The position numbers and the translations under genes are program-made. A DNA stretch of 63,456 bases, filler included, from Hausera hauseri (lineage: Eukaryota), in NCBI GenBank assembly GCA_046269625.1. It is 10 parts of 10 records of this genome, joined end to end, with 100 filler letters (N's around TTAATTAATTAA, not from the genome) between each part and the next. Parts side by side here need not be neighbours in the genome. Positions count along the whole stretch, not along the records: positions 1 to 4,816 come from JBJURY010425808.1; positions 4,917 to 9,192 come from JBJURY010662774.1; positions 9,293 to 16,512 come from JBJURY010030004.1; 7 more parts are not named here. One strand, written 5' to 3'. Below, piece by piece: positions 1-13,380 of this stretch. Position 1 is the stretch's first letter. The number at the start of each line of letters is the position of its first letter. The notes under the pieces are model-generated. The model did no database searches. It was not told where the DNA came from and was given only the letters and a program-made list of their open reading frames with translations.

Positions 1-139
1 TCTACCTACTGAGGTTAATTATTTTATGAAAGAAAACAAACGATCTGATCGTTATTTAATATTTAATGTGTTATTATAATATAGATTATCACTAGCATAT
101 ATCAAATCGATCTCTGCAATGCCAAAAGTTAGGCATATG

Positions 140-3078
140 ACCAGACAACTGTCATCATTTCCTGTATTCGGTTGTGTCCCTAACCTTATCGACAACATTC
201 TTCAAACGTATGAAAATATTATGAGACTCTATTTGCTTATTCAACTCAGATTAAAATCGGAAAGATGAAGCCAATATCCACTTGTAAAACAAATGTCTAA
301 ATTAGTTGCTCAGCGGGTTGGGAATTTATGGCACAAGGCTTCAGTTCCGATTGTCACTCAGAAAAGAATGTTCCAAAAAACTAAGCAGTACCATTATAAA
401 CGTCAGAAACTTATTAAACTGTCTAAAACAAGGCAGAATTGCGACAGTCACCATGAAAAACTGATGGCGTTTCAGGACGAGGCCAAAAATTGTGCATGTG
501 ACTCAGTTTGTCGTGTTCCACACGAGAAACAGAAGTTTCTTACTGATCAGCAAACTGTAACATTGATGTTCATTAGATCTATTGACAAACCTGAAACAGA
601 CTAACTTGAAAGAAAGGCAGAGAGGATATCAAAAGCAGCAGCCCGTACTGCAACTAACGATACTGCAACAGTTAACTGCGGAAAACTCATTTCTTAGTGA
701 GTCATCTGAAAGTACTGACCTCTCTGTTTCCTACACATCTAACTATGGCTATAATTTGCCACAGATATCCTCCTGTGACAAACAGTCAACGAGCAAAGTC
801 AAAGTGAAACGGAATAGACAATGATTTCAATGCCTGGCACAAACAGCAGCACATGTCAGCTGCAGCCATTACCTCATCTGTTTTTGAGGATTTTAGAACA
901 ATTGCCTGTGATAATATGTCAACAGTTGTAGATAAGTGCAAATTCAGGCGGAAGTGGATTAAAGTAAGAAACATTTTACGGTCTAAAACACAAACTAGCT
1001 TTTTATAAGGACTATATTTTGGTGGGCGTAATGTTAACACTTCGATGTCTCTAAAACTCGGATATAAGTATCATCTCAGAACAGTTCTGGAGAAGCATTA
1101 CATTTTAGTTCAGCAATCACAGGATCAGTACATAGGTCACGTCTGTCCCAAATCTAGCTCAGCACGACACATTACATTTGCTGTTACTGAATTTTTTACT
1201 TCCAACAATATTAATACAGGGTGGCCGAAAAGTTCTTTGGCATCGCGTACGATTCCTCCACAGACCATGACTCCTTTTACTTTTGGGTCCATTCGATGGT
1301 TCTGCCTTGTAGAGAAGGTGTTGGAGCCCAAATCATGTCATTCTGATGGTTGTTTTTAGCTCAGCGCTTAAAATCTTCTCTGAAAAAAGGATCCTTTGAT
1401 GGCATCCATTTGCGAATCGGCATTTTAGCCCTTTATATCTCGCGATTTTTGTGGCCTTTATCTGATCGGTGAGACGCTGAGCTTCTTGTTCTTTGTATGC
1501 TCTGTGTTTAAGCTTCTTCTTGAGAATCTTTTGGACAGGTGATCGAGCGATTCCGAGACTCAGAGCCAGCTTTCTTTGCAAAGTTCCTGTTTTGGTGTAC
1601 GATTTTGGTTCCGGTCGACGATTTTTTAAATTTTTTGCGGTTGACTGGAGTGTCCGTAGTTCTCGGGTGACCACTTCGAGGACAATCCTCATTGCTACCA
1701 GTCTTTTCAAATCGTTTGATGGCATGGTGAACTGTCGATTTGGGTGCACTGAGTATTCGCAACATCTTCCTTGAAGACTTCATCTTGCCAGATTTAAAAA
1801 GCGCTACTATTGCTTCTCGCTTTTCGGTCATTTGAAAAACTGAAAATCAATATGAGACGTTAACAGTATAATAAAGCGGAAGTCAAGAGGAGCAAAATAA
1901 ACAAAAAAATTAAATATGACATAATTTAAAGAAATTATGACTCCTAATAAAAACCGAAGAACTTTTCGGCCACCCTGTACTAAAGACTCCTTAGCAGTTG
2001 GATGCGATGGAACTGCGGTTAATACAGGACACAAAGGCGGAGGCGTCAGAATTTTAAAACAGCAACTTAAACGACCTGTAAAGTGCTTTTTCTGTCAACT
2101 ACACTCTAATGAATTTTTGCGGAAACACTTGATTTCACACATCCATGGCGCCGGAATAAGAGGACCATACACATTTTAGGTGCAATTGGCAAGCAACTAG
2201 AAATCTGCAAAAAGAAAGCTGTTCAAACATTTAAACCTTCTGAAATCATATTACGCGATATTGACGATAACGACCTCGGTACTGATTAGACGCATCTAAT
2301 GAATATGTGCAAAGCTATTAAATCCGGCAACTGTTCTGATGAACATTCAAAAACTAAACCTGGTAAAATATCACGTGCGATGGTTGACAGCTGAAAATCG
2401 TATACTTAGGTTGTACGTGGCCACCTCAGATCCAATCGATCAATTAGTTACACGGGTACAGTTTGTGGTAAAAGTTTACGCACGAGTATGGTTTTGTATC
2501 ACAACAAAGCTCTCATGCAAGTATGGTGGCTTACATGTATGGGAAATGATTGACTTTTCCCGGTATCTGGATGAGTCACTCAGAATAGAAATAGATCCTG
2601 TAATTCAATGATACCCGTTTTTCGCACATCCAGAAAATTTATTGCTGTGTGTGATGGTTGACGATTATCAGCATGTAATATAGTTTGTTCTTAGAAGAAT
2701 GTTAAAATCAAGGAAATCTACCAAGGCTATTTGCCAGTTCAAAGTACCACCTTTAAACTTTGCTGCATCAGATTACAACAATCTCATAGGCTGAAGCGTT
2801 TGTACTGTACTGTTCAACCTATTCTTTCAAAGATGTCAGAGACATAGCTGCAGACTCCCATTGCTGGTCACGTCCCGTCAGTGATAAATATTGACACATT
2901 TCCATGCTATACCCAGAGTATGGAAAGGTGCACAAAACGTGTGACGGAGGCTGCAGCTGTAGTTTGTGGTCCTGAGGCAAGAGATGGATACATCAAGTCA
3001 AAGTTACGGTCACGCGAAATAATGGCACCTTTTGATACGAAACGTGATTATCGCCAACAAAGCTTTGAATTTGAATAG
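140..3078 (+). pseudogene. Degenerate hAT-like (hATm-type) DDE transposase, interrupted by a maT/Tc1 insertion
   Basis: ORF fragments carry family motifs GCDGTAVNTG (catalytic D), CQLHSNE (CxxH), HVRWLTAENRILRLYV, FAHPENLL and FPCYTQSMERCTKRVTEAA; many stops and frameshifts; start approximate. Confidence 0.75.
1217..1977 (-). mobile_element. Internally deleted Tc1/mariner (maT/DD37D-like) transposon
   Basis: Perfect 21-bp TIR CAGGGTGGCCGAAAAGTTCTT at both ends; TA target-site duplication (1215-1216, 1978-1979); frameshifted transposase N-terminal half on the minus strand (paired-like HTH, RSGHPR, ILFSEK, VMVCGG) running straight into the TIR. Confidence 0.9.
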
Positions 3079-4816
3079 TTCTATAGTGACTAAACAGTTA
3101 TTAGACGATTTAACGTTTGCATACAATTCGCGCTTTGTTCCTCAAGTGCATACCATTTTTGGTGTATTTCAAAATCGTTTAGCTAGTTTAAGTTTTATGT
3201 CTGTTAGTTTGTTATATATTTAAGAGTGTTATACATTTTTAGATGCATATAGAACAAGCCTTTGGAGCACCAATATCATTTTCGACTATATTCTGAATAT
3301 ATTTAGCTGCAATTTATAAATCTTGAATTCTCTCCAAAAATTGAGATTTTTTCGAATTTTAGGCACCCTTGTGGTGACGGAAGACATCAATCAAATTTAG
3401 TCATATTTTGCACATTTATTATCTAGGTCAAGAAGAAACTTTTTTTCCCTATTCCATTTCGATATTCTAACTTTTCATTTTTTCGACCCACTTTTTTGTG
3501 AGTTTTGTGTGTAAATGTTAATGTTAATAGGATTTTCCACAGGGATGTATACGTACATTAACGTGGTTCTGACACTTAAAATAATGTCGAGCTAAACCCA
3601 CAAAGTACATTTGTTTAACTATGCAATGCATCAAATTCTTGCCAAACTGAATTTGTTAAAAAATAAAATACAAATTATAGAATTTGAAATTTAGTTATTA
3701 TACTGCCATGGTGTACACGTTAATACAAAAATATTTATAGAAAAGCGGGAAAATTTTTAAATTCATTTGGTTGCCGAGGTAAATGAACTATAAATTGGTC
3801 CTTAACATTATACGAACTTGTAGTTCCTATCACATGTAATTTTATTTTTGTGTTTTCCATTGTAAAGTTCATGTACATAATTTTATGAGATAAAGTGTTG
3901 TAAATTATTTGTTTGTGTGTAGCTTGTAAAATATTTCATGTCGCTAATTTGTTAGAAATTTACTTTTGTTCATAATTATTTCTCGCCTCAATATGTTTAT
4001 AAACTTATGTAATTTGCTTACGTTCAATAATGCCTATTAATAATACAAAGATTATTATACTAAACAACTGCTGGAGGCTCCTAGATAAAGCCGGATTCAA
4101 TTAAGTACCTGATTTTGATGTAAAAGACTTTGTTTAAAATACACGAAGCCAAAGAGCGAAAGTACAATAATTTTTTGAATGGTGATAATAAATGTTAATC
4201 GGACTAATTCGTTTTCTCTTTTCGATGATACGGTGGAAAACACTGGACAAAGTAACCAGTTATTGGTAACGATGAAATACAAAATGCCCATACTTCAATA
4301 CAATGATGTAATGTTGTTGGTGCAGAGAAATTTTACAAGTCACATTTCGATGCACCAACAAAACTTGGTTAAACTTTTTGAGTATTTTAACATTATTATT
4401 TACATCGAAGAACCAGCGGCCGATACATATATACTACCATCGTACTACAGAATTTATTTGAAAAATTATGTATATTCATTAAAAGGCTATCAAGTAATAT
4501 GATGGACAAAAATTTCGCAATTGTATTAAATAAGTAATTTTTTTACTTTTTCGTAAACTACAAATTCGAATTTTTCTTGCGCATTACCCAATATTCTCAA
4601 ATATTTTTTGATATATTTCTATGCATTTCTCTGTTTATATACATTTTTAAAAGAATTTCAATGGAATTTTAAACATTTAACCTTGGTTACACTTGTACAT
4701 AATTGTGTTATGATCTCTTAATTACCAAGAAATCAAAATTAGAAAGTCAAAAAATCAATCAAAATCCCAAACTGACATTTTTAAATTTGAAACATGTGAG
4801 AGAAATAACCATTTTT

Positions 4817-4916
4817 NNNNNNNNNNNNNNNNNNNNNNNNNNNNNNNNNNNNNNNNNNNNTTAATTAATTAANNNNNNNNNNNNNNNNNNNNNNNNNNNN
4901 NNNNNNNNNNNNNNNN
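4817..4916. other. Artificial contig-joining spacer (N44-TTAATTAATTAA-N44); identical spacers at 9193-9292, 16513-16612, 22161-22260, 27642-27741, 37450-37549, 44133-44232, 48182-48281, 54132-54231
   Basis: The same 100-nt structure with an all-frame-stop linker recurs nine times, and the sequence on either side is unrelated. Confidence 0.98.
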
Positions 4917-6240
4917 TTTTTACAAGTAATATAATAAGAATTTTCCATAGACCGATAGGAATTAATATAAAGGTAAAAAAAATAATACTGCTTACAAATT
5001 TAGCAGTAGTTTTAAGATTTCTATTAAAAATTAGTTAAATTTTGCATGAATTTGGAGGACTTTTTAACGCGATTTTTTCATATTTCTGAACATGCTAACT
5101 TGGTGGAGACAACGGAATCTTGTAGCCCGGTTTGTCCTCTATAAAAAATTTAAGTCGAAAGTTGTATATTTAAGTCATAAAATCGATTTGAATTAAGGTC
5201 TAAATGTGTAAAAATTTCTAAAATTAGTTAAATTTTACATGAATTTGGACTTTTTGAACTGAAAATTTACCCTAATTAAATATCTTTAATTGTTTAATAG
5301 TTTATAGTGTTGTAGTTCTGCTGGTAATGTTGACATTGGTTAAACGATAACAGAGTCAAGTTGAGGATGATAATTCCAAAAAATATATCCAAGTTTCCAA
5401 GAGAGCACCCCATGTACAAAGTTTATTTTCAACAGAGATAACGTGAATTGTTATGTACAGAAAGATTCAAAAAACTTATTTCGATCAATTCTAATTTCGA
5501 TCAATTGTTTTTTACATACAGTTATATAGATTCAAAGTTTCCATAGTGTAGCCGCGATATTTTGTTGAGGAAAATGGTGGCTAGTCGTGAGACATCAGCT
5601 CGAGAATTTCGCAATGACGAGTCATGAAAATTCGATGAATATCTTTGTTTTGGCAGAACAACGTAAATAAACAACAATTCATTTTGACAATTAGGACGTT
5701 AGTTTATGTATTTTAGAGTACCATTAAATAGCCATTTCCAAACGTAACAGTTAAATTTATTATAACTTCTTTATTTTGAGCAAAGAGATCAATAATATGT
5801 TTTCGACCGTAAACTCGATCGTTTTCGGAAATAAGATCGTCATTATTGTCATTGAATTTCAAATTTCTTCACTGGCGGTAGTCTAAAAATAGTTTCGGTA
5901 AGACCGCTGACTTCTGCAATTGAAGTAAACATTCTTTTACTGGTTTTCGATTGCACTCATTGATTGGTTGGGTTGTTGTAGTCCTAATGAGATGGCCCGG
6001 CACGACGAGGCAAAACAACAAAAGTGCATCAATTCGTCGGCAAGGCAATTCACAACAATTAAAAATATTTAAGTCCTTGTTGGGCACAACATCATCCCCC
6101 GTGGCAAAGAAGAGACTAAAGAGTAAAAAAGGAAAATGTGGTTGAACTGTGCAGGTTCTCTAGGAGGTTTTTGTGTGAATAAGACGTTGTACCCCTGTAA
6201 ACTTAATCTCCTTACTGTAGGTCCTGAATGACACGACTTT

Positions 6241-8340
6241 TCACTTTTTCTGTGTAATTGAATCTGGTTGACAAGTTGGTTGAGATAAAACAATTCCAGA
6301 CGTCGTCGTTGGAGGTGATGGGGGTAGAACAATGTCGTATTTCATCGTTGAAGGTGTTTTGTTGTTTGGGAGTAAAAAGGTAGCCGGGGAAGGGGATGTA
6401 GGAGGAAAGGAAGGAAAGGTTGGAAGGCTAGTAGAAAGGGAGTTTGGAGCAGTTTCTGGTAAAGGAGTAGAAGTAGGAGTCGGCGTGGGAAAGTGTGCAG
6501 GTGGTGGAAGGACTGGAGAAAGAAAAGGAGGAGGAGTAAGTAATAGGTTGGAAGCTTCAATTTGAGGGGTATCGTCTACGAAAAAGGTGGGTTTGACGTT
6601 GTTGGTATGAACCGCTAGTTCTTTGCCATCCTTGGAAATAATGGCATTGTGAGAATACAATCAAACGCGTTTGTAAAGTCCCAAATACCTTGGTTGAGAA
6701 CCACACGGTGTATGGTTTTTAGCCAGACGAACTTTACCGAATGTAAGTCGTTGGGTAAGTACGTTTTATTGTTATTTCAGATCCTGCAAAAGGAATCTTT
6801 ACTAACTGAGACAAAATGGTCCTGTGTCGTTCAGTTACTTTCATCCGTAGGTGTGTCTTTCAAGGCAGTTAACTTAAATAATGAACGTACAGGTGTTCCT
6901 GAAGGAGATTCTAAAGGCGAACAACCAGTAGAAGTAGAAGGCGTGTTACGCCAACCCAGAAGAACCAAAGGTAGAAGGGTAGTCCAACTGCTATTGGATT
7001 CTGCTAGTATTCTCAGTGACGTTTTTAGTGTTCTGTGGAATCTCTCTAAAAGATCGTCCGATTGGGGGTGATACGGTGATGTGTGAATATGGCTGATTCC
7101 TAATCGATTAACGAAAGATTTAAACAAATTAAACTCAAACTAAGTACCTTGGTCCGTAATAATGAATCTAGGGGATCCAAATCTGCTGATCCAAGTGCGT
7201 ACGAAAAGGTCGGCTAGTGTCCGTGTTAGTGTTTCGTAGTGAGACAACTTCTGGCCAACGTGGGGAACGATCCATCATGGTCAAAATGAACTGATGGCCA
7301 TTGTCAGGAGGAAGAGGGCCAACAAGATCAATGTGAACAGACTCAAAACGTGATGTGCAAGGGAAATGATAAAGTGGTGGTTTCAAGTGTTTGGTGATTT
7401 TAAATTTCTGGCAAGCCACGCACTCCTTAATCCACGCTTGCACATCAGAACGCATAGTCGGCCATACTACTTGCCGGTGGAGTAAGCGAAATGTTACCTT
7501 AGCGCCAGGATGGTGCAGTGAATGTACACTGTTAAACGCTTGCCGTTGTAAAGGTGGTGTGAGAATTATTACAGAATGACTTGGTTTGGAAGTGTCTAAA
7601 GCCACGCCGGCAACAATTGTGCAAGACTTAAAAAAATTAAGCATGTTCTGAGGTGGCTGATTTTGTTGTAGTTGTACTTGAGTAAAGATTTGTAAAAAAT
7701 TAATAGAACCAACCGTCCTAGATAAGAAATCGGCAACCAAATTATTGAAACCGTTAATATGGTTTATGTCGAAGTTGAATGTCGACAGATATGATATTTG
7801 TCGTTCTTGGCGTGAGGAAGGATGTTTCATTGACATAATATTGACTAAAGGTTTGTGATCAGTTTGGATAACAAAACTGCGAGCTGTGAGTAAGTCGGAG
7901 AAATGTTTTAAGGCCAAAACTATCGCCAGTAGTTCTCGATCGAATGTAGAATACTTAGTTTCTGGTGGTGTTAATTTTCTAGAAAAAAATTCGAGTGGTT
8001 GGTTTTCTCCTTTGTATAATTGATGTAACACAGTACCTACCGCCATGGTTAAGGCGTCTGTGGTGAAACTAATTTCAGCGTCCGGCTTAGGAAATGCCAG
8101 AATTTCTACGGTTTTGAGACCTTCTCGCAGTTTGTTAAACTTATCAAGCAAATCGGATGTCCATTGGATAGGTTGTTGTTTTTCTCCAATGCTCAAATGT
8201 GCAAAAGGCGCCGTGAGTTCCGAACAATATGGGACAAATTTGTGAACGAATTTTAAAGTCCTCAAGAAACTCCTCATTTTTGTGGTGGTTCTGTGTAGTT
8301 GTACGCTTTTGAGAGCTTCAACACATTCTGGCAGGGAAGA
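6241..8340 (-). mobile_element. Ty3/Gypsy pol fragment (end of RT, RNase H, integrase, Pro-rich tail), CsRn1-like, degenerate
   Basis: TTDA..AVG.VL.Q, FFSRKL..E.KYSTFDRELLAI, TDHKPL, HHCC zinc finger (HSLHHPG..CVAC), HIDLVGPLP, YHPQSD.LLERFHRTLK; closely related to the copy at 16613-20700. Confidence 0.92.
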
Positions 8341-9292
8341 ATGACAATTTGCTAAAATAATTTTTTAATTGCACACTGATTAAATGTTACACCATTATGT
8401 GAGAGGCTAATATTTGTTTTGCCAAAGGCTTTGCAGGTACATTTTAACACAACTGTTCCCCAGGTAACGTGGTAATTTCAGATTCAGAAACTGATTTGAT
8501 CAAACGGAGAGATGGGGGGGTGCTATAAACTCAAGAGAGAGCTTTTAATTGTTTCATTGGTATTAGGCTTGTGTAATGGTGCATTGACATGTGCATCACT
8601 TAAATCAGAAACTGCAGATGGAGTACACAATATATCCGCTGCCTTCAGATCGTTGTAATTAGATTTAAGTGCTTCAAGCAGAGTGCTACATGCTGGGAAT
8701 GAAATATGACGGGGAGAGTTTTGCATGAATAAAACACAATCTAGTAGATTTACCTTTTATTGTTTTAAGTATGTTTACTAAAGTGCAATGATCGTCTATG
8801 AGTTTATGTTCTTCTGTTCTAATAACAACAACTTGGAATTACTAAACCAATTAATATCTCACTTTTCTGTCAGACAAAGGAGTATGAGCCAAGTTATACA
8901 AAGATAATTGTTGATTAAAACTAAAGATCAATAGTTGAGTTTAACTGCCAGTTAATGTAACAACATGGATAATGTTTTTTTGGTTAAGAAAATAGTAAAT
9001 ATATATAACTGTTTCATCAAACAGTAATTATGCTTTTAAATATAGAGGGTGGCATTTGCTCAAATTACTAATTTATTTTTATCTTTGGTTTTTTGTATGC
9101 ATCAATTTCTTTGAAAAAACTTGTTTACATTTATTTTATTATCTCATTTTCAATAAATGCATCTTTTCAGTTCTATTTAATTTGACTGTACTNNNNNNNN
9201 NNNNNNNNNNNNNNNNNNNNNNNNNNNNNNNNNNNNTTAATTAATTAANNNNNNNNNNNNNNNNNNNNNNNNNNNNNNNNNNNNNNNNNNNN

Positions 9293-10836
9293 GCAGAGTT
9301 CATGGCAGCGGCCCGGAGAAGGATCCCTGAACTGCTACGTAAGTGGTGCCAGATTTAAATTGCCTAGTTTCCTCTTCCCCCGATAACTGCTCAGCATGTT
9401 TGTGTCGAATTGGTTGGCTTTGTAACTTACTCTGTGTATTTTTCAGAATACGTGGAGAAGCAGCAAAACAGAGTCCCCTTTCATAACAAGCTGATGGGAT
9501 ACATCCTGGGTTACCTGGCCACGCTCTCTGGACACCGGTCCGTGGTGTTGACCAGCATGACTAAGAACGACGTGGCCTCCGCAGAAAGCCGGGCGGACGG
9601 AACCGGGTTCCAGATTTTGGTGAGCTTTGTCTACCGTGTGTTGTCAGAACGAGGGCTCGAAATGACGTTTGTCTCTCGCTGTTGCGACAAAACAATCCAT
9701 ACTTTTTTCCAAGGTCGACGAGCAAAGGGCTGCCGGAGGCGGTGGACGAGCAGCCTTTCAGCTCAACGAGGAGGAGTATGGCTGGCTGGACCGACTGATC
9801 AAAGCCTCTTGCTGCCCCTGGACCTCCGAGTGCCAGTTTGTCTTCCACTCCGTCAACGGCAAACGCCTCTCCAAACCTGCCAATGTGCTGCAAGAGGCGT
9901 GGGCGGACGCCGGTATGAAGGGAACCGTGAGCTTCCGACAGATCCGGCCCGTCGTCTCGACCGCAGTAAGTCTTGTGGTTGGTAATGAAAAATCCTAAAA
10001 CCCTTTAAAATGAAATCAAACTCAAACGGAAACTGTTTTGTTTTTTGTTTTGTTTTTCTCTGCAGGCCGATACCTGTGTACCGGCCGCACAAGAATCTTC
10101 GGACGACAACATCAGGGATGAGGAGGAAGCCCGCGAGGAACACACCGATGATTCGTCGCTCCCCGATAACGCAATCCTCAGCAGAGACGATGTGGAAGAC
10201 CTTTTCCCCGTGACCTCCCGCTGGCTTCCTTTGGCATCATCACTATCGTCAGATAGTGAGCGTGAAGACGAATCCTTTACAAGTAAAAGAAAATTGCCAC
10301 GCTACAGAGGAACTGAAGTCCAAAGCAGCAGTAGGAAAAAGGTACGCAAAGCCCAACCAGCATCCATAGACACACAGATCCAAGATTGGACAGCACACCA
10401 GATTTCTCCACAGCCCTCATTACACCAGAGTCTTGGAAGTCTTCAGCCCGGCAGGACCCACCAGTCTTCTGCCAAAAGGCCTCCACTGCTCTTGAACTCA
10501 GTACGCTCCAGTAGTCTAAAACCCCGCAAGTTCCAACTGTCTTCTGGTCAGCAGGCTCCTCCAGTCTCTTCTGCTGGGCAGGCTCCTCCAGTCTCTTCTG
10601 CTGGGCAGGCTAAACCAGTCTCTTCTGCTGGGCAGGCTAAACCAGTCTCTTCTGCTGGGCAGGCTAAACCAGTCTCTTCTGCACAAAGGGCTCCAGTAGC
10701 CACTTCAGTGCGATCTAATCCACCAGTCTCTTCAGGGAGGGAGAATTGGGTTAGGGTGCTTCCACCACGTTATACTAAAGCAGACCATCCAAAGCTATCT
10801 GCTCCCTCTAATCGCGCTCGTAGTGACTCCATCTAG
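9293..10836 (+). CDS. 3' half of a spliced tyrosine-recombinase-like gene (teleost-type); exons ~9293-9338, 9447-9619, 9714-9965, 10066-10836
   Basis: GT-AG junctions keep the frame: EFMAAARRRIPELL / GYLATLSGHRSVVLTSMT / LNEEEYGWL..LQEAWADAGM..FRQIR.VVST; followed by a low-complexity Ser/Pro tail. Confidence 0.65.
10550..10700 (+). repeat. 27-bp coding tandem repeat (QAKPVSSAG x ~5)
   Basis: caggctaaaccagtctcttctgctggg units seen directly. Confidence 0.9.
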
Positions 10837-11564
10837 CTCCTGTCCCAGAACATATAGACATGGGCAACATCTGCAAGTGCTGGAGTGTTTGTAGAGTAGT
10901 GTTGGCCAGTTGCAGCCAGACTTTGATTCATTTTGTTTCTATTTTTCTGACTTGTTTGCCAATATTGTTTGAACATTTATACACATCTGTTGTTCATTTC
11001 CTTGTTTTTTGTACTGCGTTTGATTGTGTTGTATTTGGAAAAGAAAGCAGCAAGGAATGTAATTTTTGGAACTTTTGTCTGTGTTTTGTTGATTTTATCA
11101 TGTTCATGAAAAAAAGTTTATAATAAACATTGTTAGCAGCAAAATGTATTGGCTTAAGTCTTTTTTACTTGAACCTAACATTGTTACATAAAACACTACA
11201 TTTTTTACCATTAACAACTTCATAAAATTAATTGTTATTATGGTTTCACATTAATTCTTTTTTACCCACTAATTAGATTTTCAATGTCACACTTGATTCC
11301 AGGGTAGTCAGGCCTGTGCTTTTGAGTGTTGGTTGCAATTTGTAGGTATTGGGGTAATTAATCAGCAAATTATTAACAACAATTATAGCAGAAAGTGGGC
11401 TAAAAGAGGGAGAGATATGTTTTTTCCAACAGTCTACTGACTATCTCATGTGAAATATTAATCACCCAATAATTAAAATTCTAATGACAAAGACTCTGAA
11501 TTATTTAAAAGCTCAATGAACTAAGTTATATTAAAGAATCAAGAGTTGATTGGTTATAATGCAA

Positions 11565-13380
11565 ACAGCACTTCTAATGACGAATGAACAAAAGTATTTG
11601 ACTTAACCAACAGGTGATGCTACAAATGTGCAGTTGATTTTTCTCTCCACTAGATGGAGGCACCGAATCCTCACTCAGGGTGAGATCTGGTTGTGAGCAG
11701 CAGATCTGGTTCNNNNNNNNNNNNNNNNNNNNNNNNNNNNNNNNNNNNNNNNNNNNNNNNNNNNNNNNNNNNNNNNNNNNNNNNNNNNNNNNNNNNNNNN
11801 NNNNNNNNNNNNAAAGGTCACGATGATAGGATGAGGTCAAAGGTCATCAAACAGCAGCACTTCTAATGACCGATGAACACCGTTATTTGACACAACCGAC
11901 AGGTGAGAATGCACGCTACAAATGTGCAGTGGATTTTTCTCTCCACTAGATGGAGGCACCGAATCCTCACTCAGGGTGAGATCTGGTTGTGAGCAGCAGA
12001 TCTGGTTCTGAGCAGCTGCATGCCAGAGTAGGATATGGGATGAAAACCCACATGCTCAATTGAGCACTTGAAATAGCTCCTAAACTAAGAGCGTCAGGGG
12101 GGCCAAACTCGGCACAGAGAGTCAGCCGGGGGTCTGCCAGACGCCCAGGAAGTTTGACCCGCGTAGCACGTTCCCTTGGCACGGCTGCCATAGACTCCCA
12201 TTCGTTTGGCCGGGTGAGATCCGGTTATCCGAGCACTCGGGGCATCGCATGCGATCCCCACGGTTAGGGAGCCTGCGGCGCCCTGGCTCTCGTCCGGTTC
12301 GCCTTACCAGGGGCGCGGACGTCCCGGACCGGCGTGCCAAAGGGGTTTAGTCCGCGGGGGGGTGCTTAAGTGTGGGCTCCCAAGGACCGAGAGGTGCGCC
12401 GGGTGTCAATAGGTTAGGATTAGGGATGACCAGGAGCGGGTCAGGGATGACCAGGAGCGGGTCAGGGAGCGTGTGGGGGCAGAGTTAGGCCGTGCCAGAG
12501 ATGGGAGACCCCAGGTTAGGATGAGGCACAAAGAGAGAGGCGGGGCTAGGATGAGGAGGTCAAAGGTCACGATGATAGGATGAGGTCAAAGGTCATCAAA
12601 CAGCAGCACTTCTAATGACCGATGAACACCGTTATTTGTCAGATGTCGAGGTCGCCGTGGACACCCTTAACGGTGTCCCAGGGGGCCGTAACTCGCAGGG
12701 TCGGTTCGGAACCGTCCCCCGGACCGCGTGGCACCGTCGGTTTCCCCCGACAGGGCCCCCCGCCCGAGAACCGGACCCTGGGTCCCCAGACCGGAAGCTG
12801 CTGCGGACACCTAACCGTGACAGCTAGAGGCGTGAAACTCGGGGCGTTTATAGGGCCCGCGGTCCCCTCCGACGTGGCCAAAGCACGTGGAGATCGGACC
12901 CAGGGTCCAGCTCCAGGTGCGCTCCAAAGATTGGAAACCGCCCCATTCATTCCTATGGAGAGGCGTTTTCGTCAGGAGAAAAAACGACATATCGGGGTCT
13001 CCTGGACGAACGCGAGCCGCCAGAGGCGTCATCCTATATACTGGCAGAACCGGGAGAGTCCAAGGAACAAGCCGGCGCTGTCCGTTTGGCTCTAGGACGT
13101 TCCCCCGATTTTATACGAATTTAAAACCGGTCAAAACTCGGGAGGCCTCACGGCATCACTCACGGCATCACATGTGATTCCACTGTGGTTGAAATAACCA
13201 GATTTCACTCAGTTCGGGTGGTCACTCTCGACGCCCGAAAAAGTGGTCAAACCCGGGTCAAACATGGACATCCTATATACTGGCAAAACCGGGAGAGTCC
13301 AAGGAACAAGCTGGCGCCGTCTGTTTGGTTCTAGGACGTTCCCCCGAATTTTTATGAATTAAAAACCGTTCAAAACCACT
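11565..13380. repeat. GC-rich non-coding region with dispersed direct duplications
   Basis: ~11565-11712 matches ~11849-12009; 11813-11889 matches 12562-12638; ~13029-13135 matches ~13269-13375; 100-N scaffold gap at 11713-11812. Confidence 0.8.

Noticed and set aside
4097-4502. ORFs in the AT-rich tail of contig 1
   Set aside because: No motifs; composition consistent with non-coding DNA
4861-4872. Recurring palindrome TTAATTAATTAA
   Set aside because: Artificial six-frame-stop linker between N runs; it also means adjacency across spacers has no biological meaning
6332-7071. Plus-strand Gly-rich ORFs
   Set aside because: Antisense shadows of the Gypsy integrase and its Pro-rich tail
12122-13177. 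Several overlapping Pro/Arg/Gly-rich ORFs
   Set aside because: Expected by chance in GC-rich repeat DNA; no recognisable motifs
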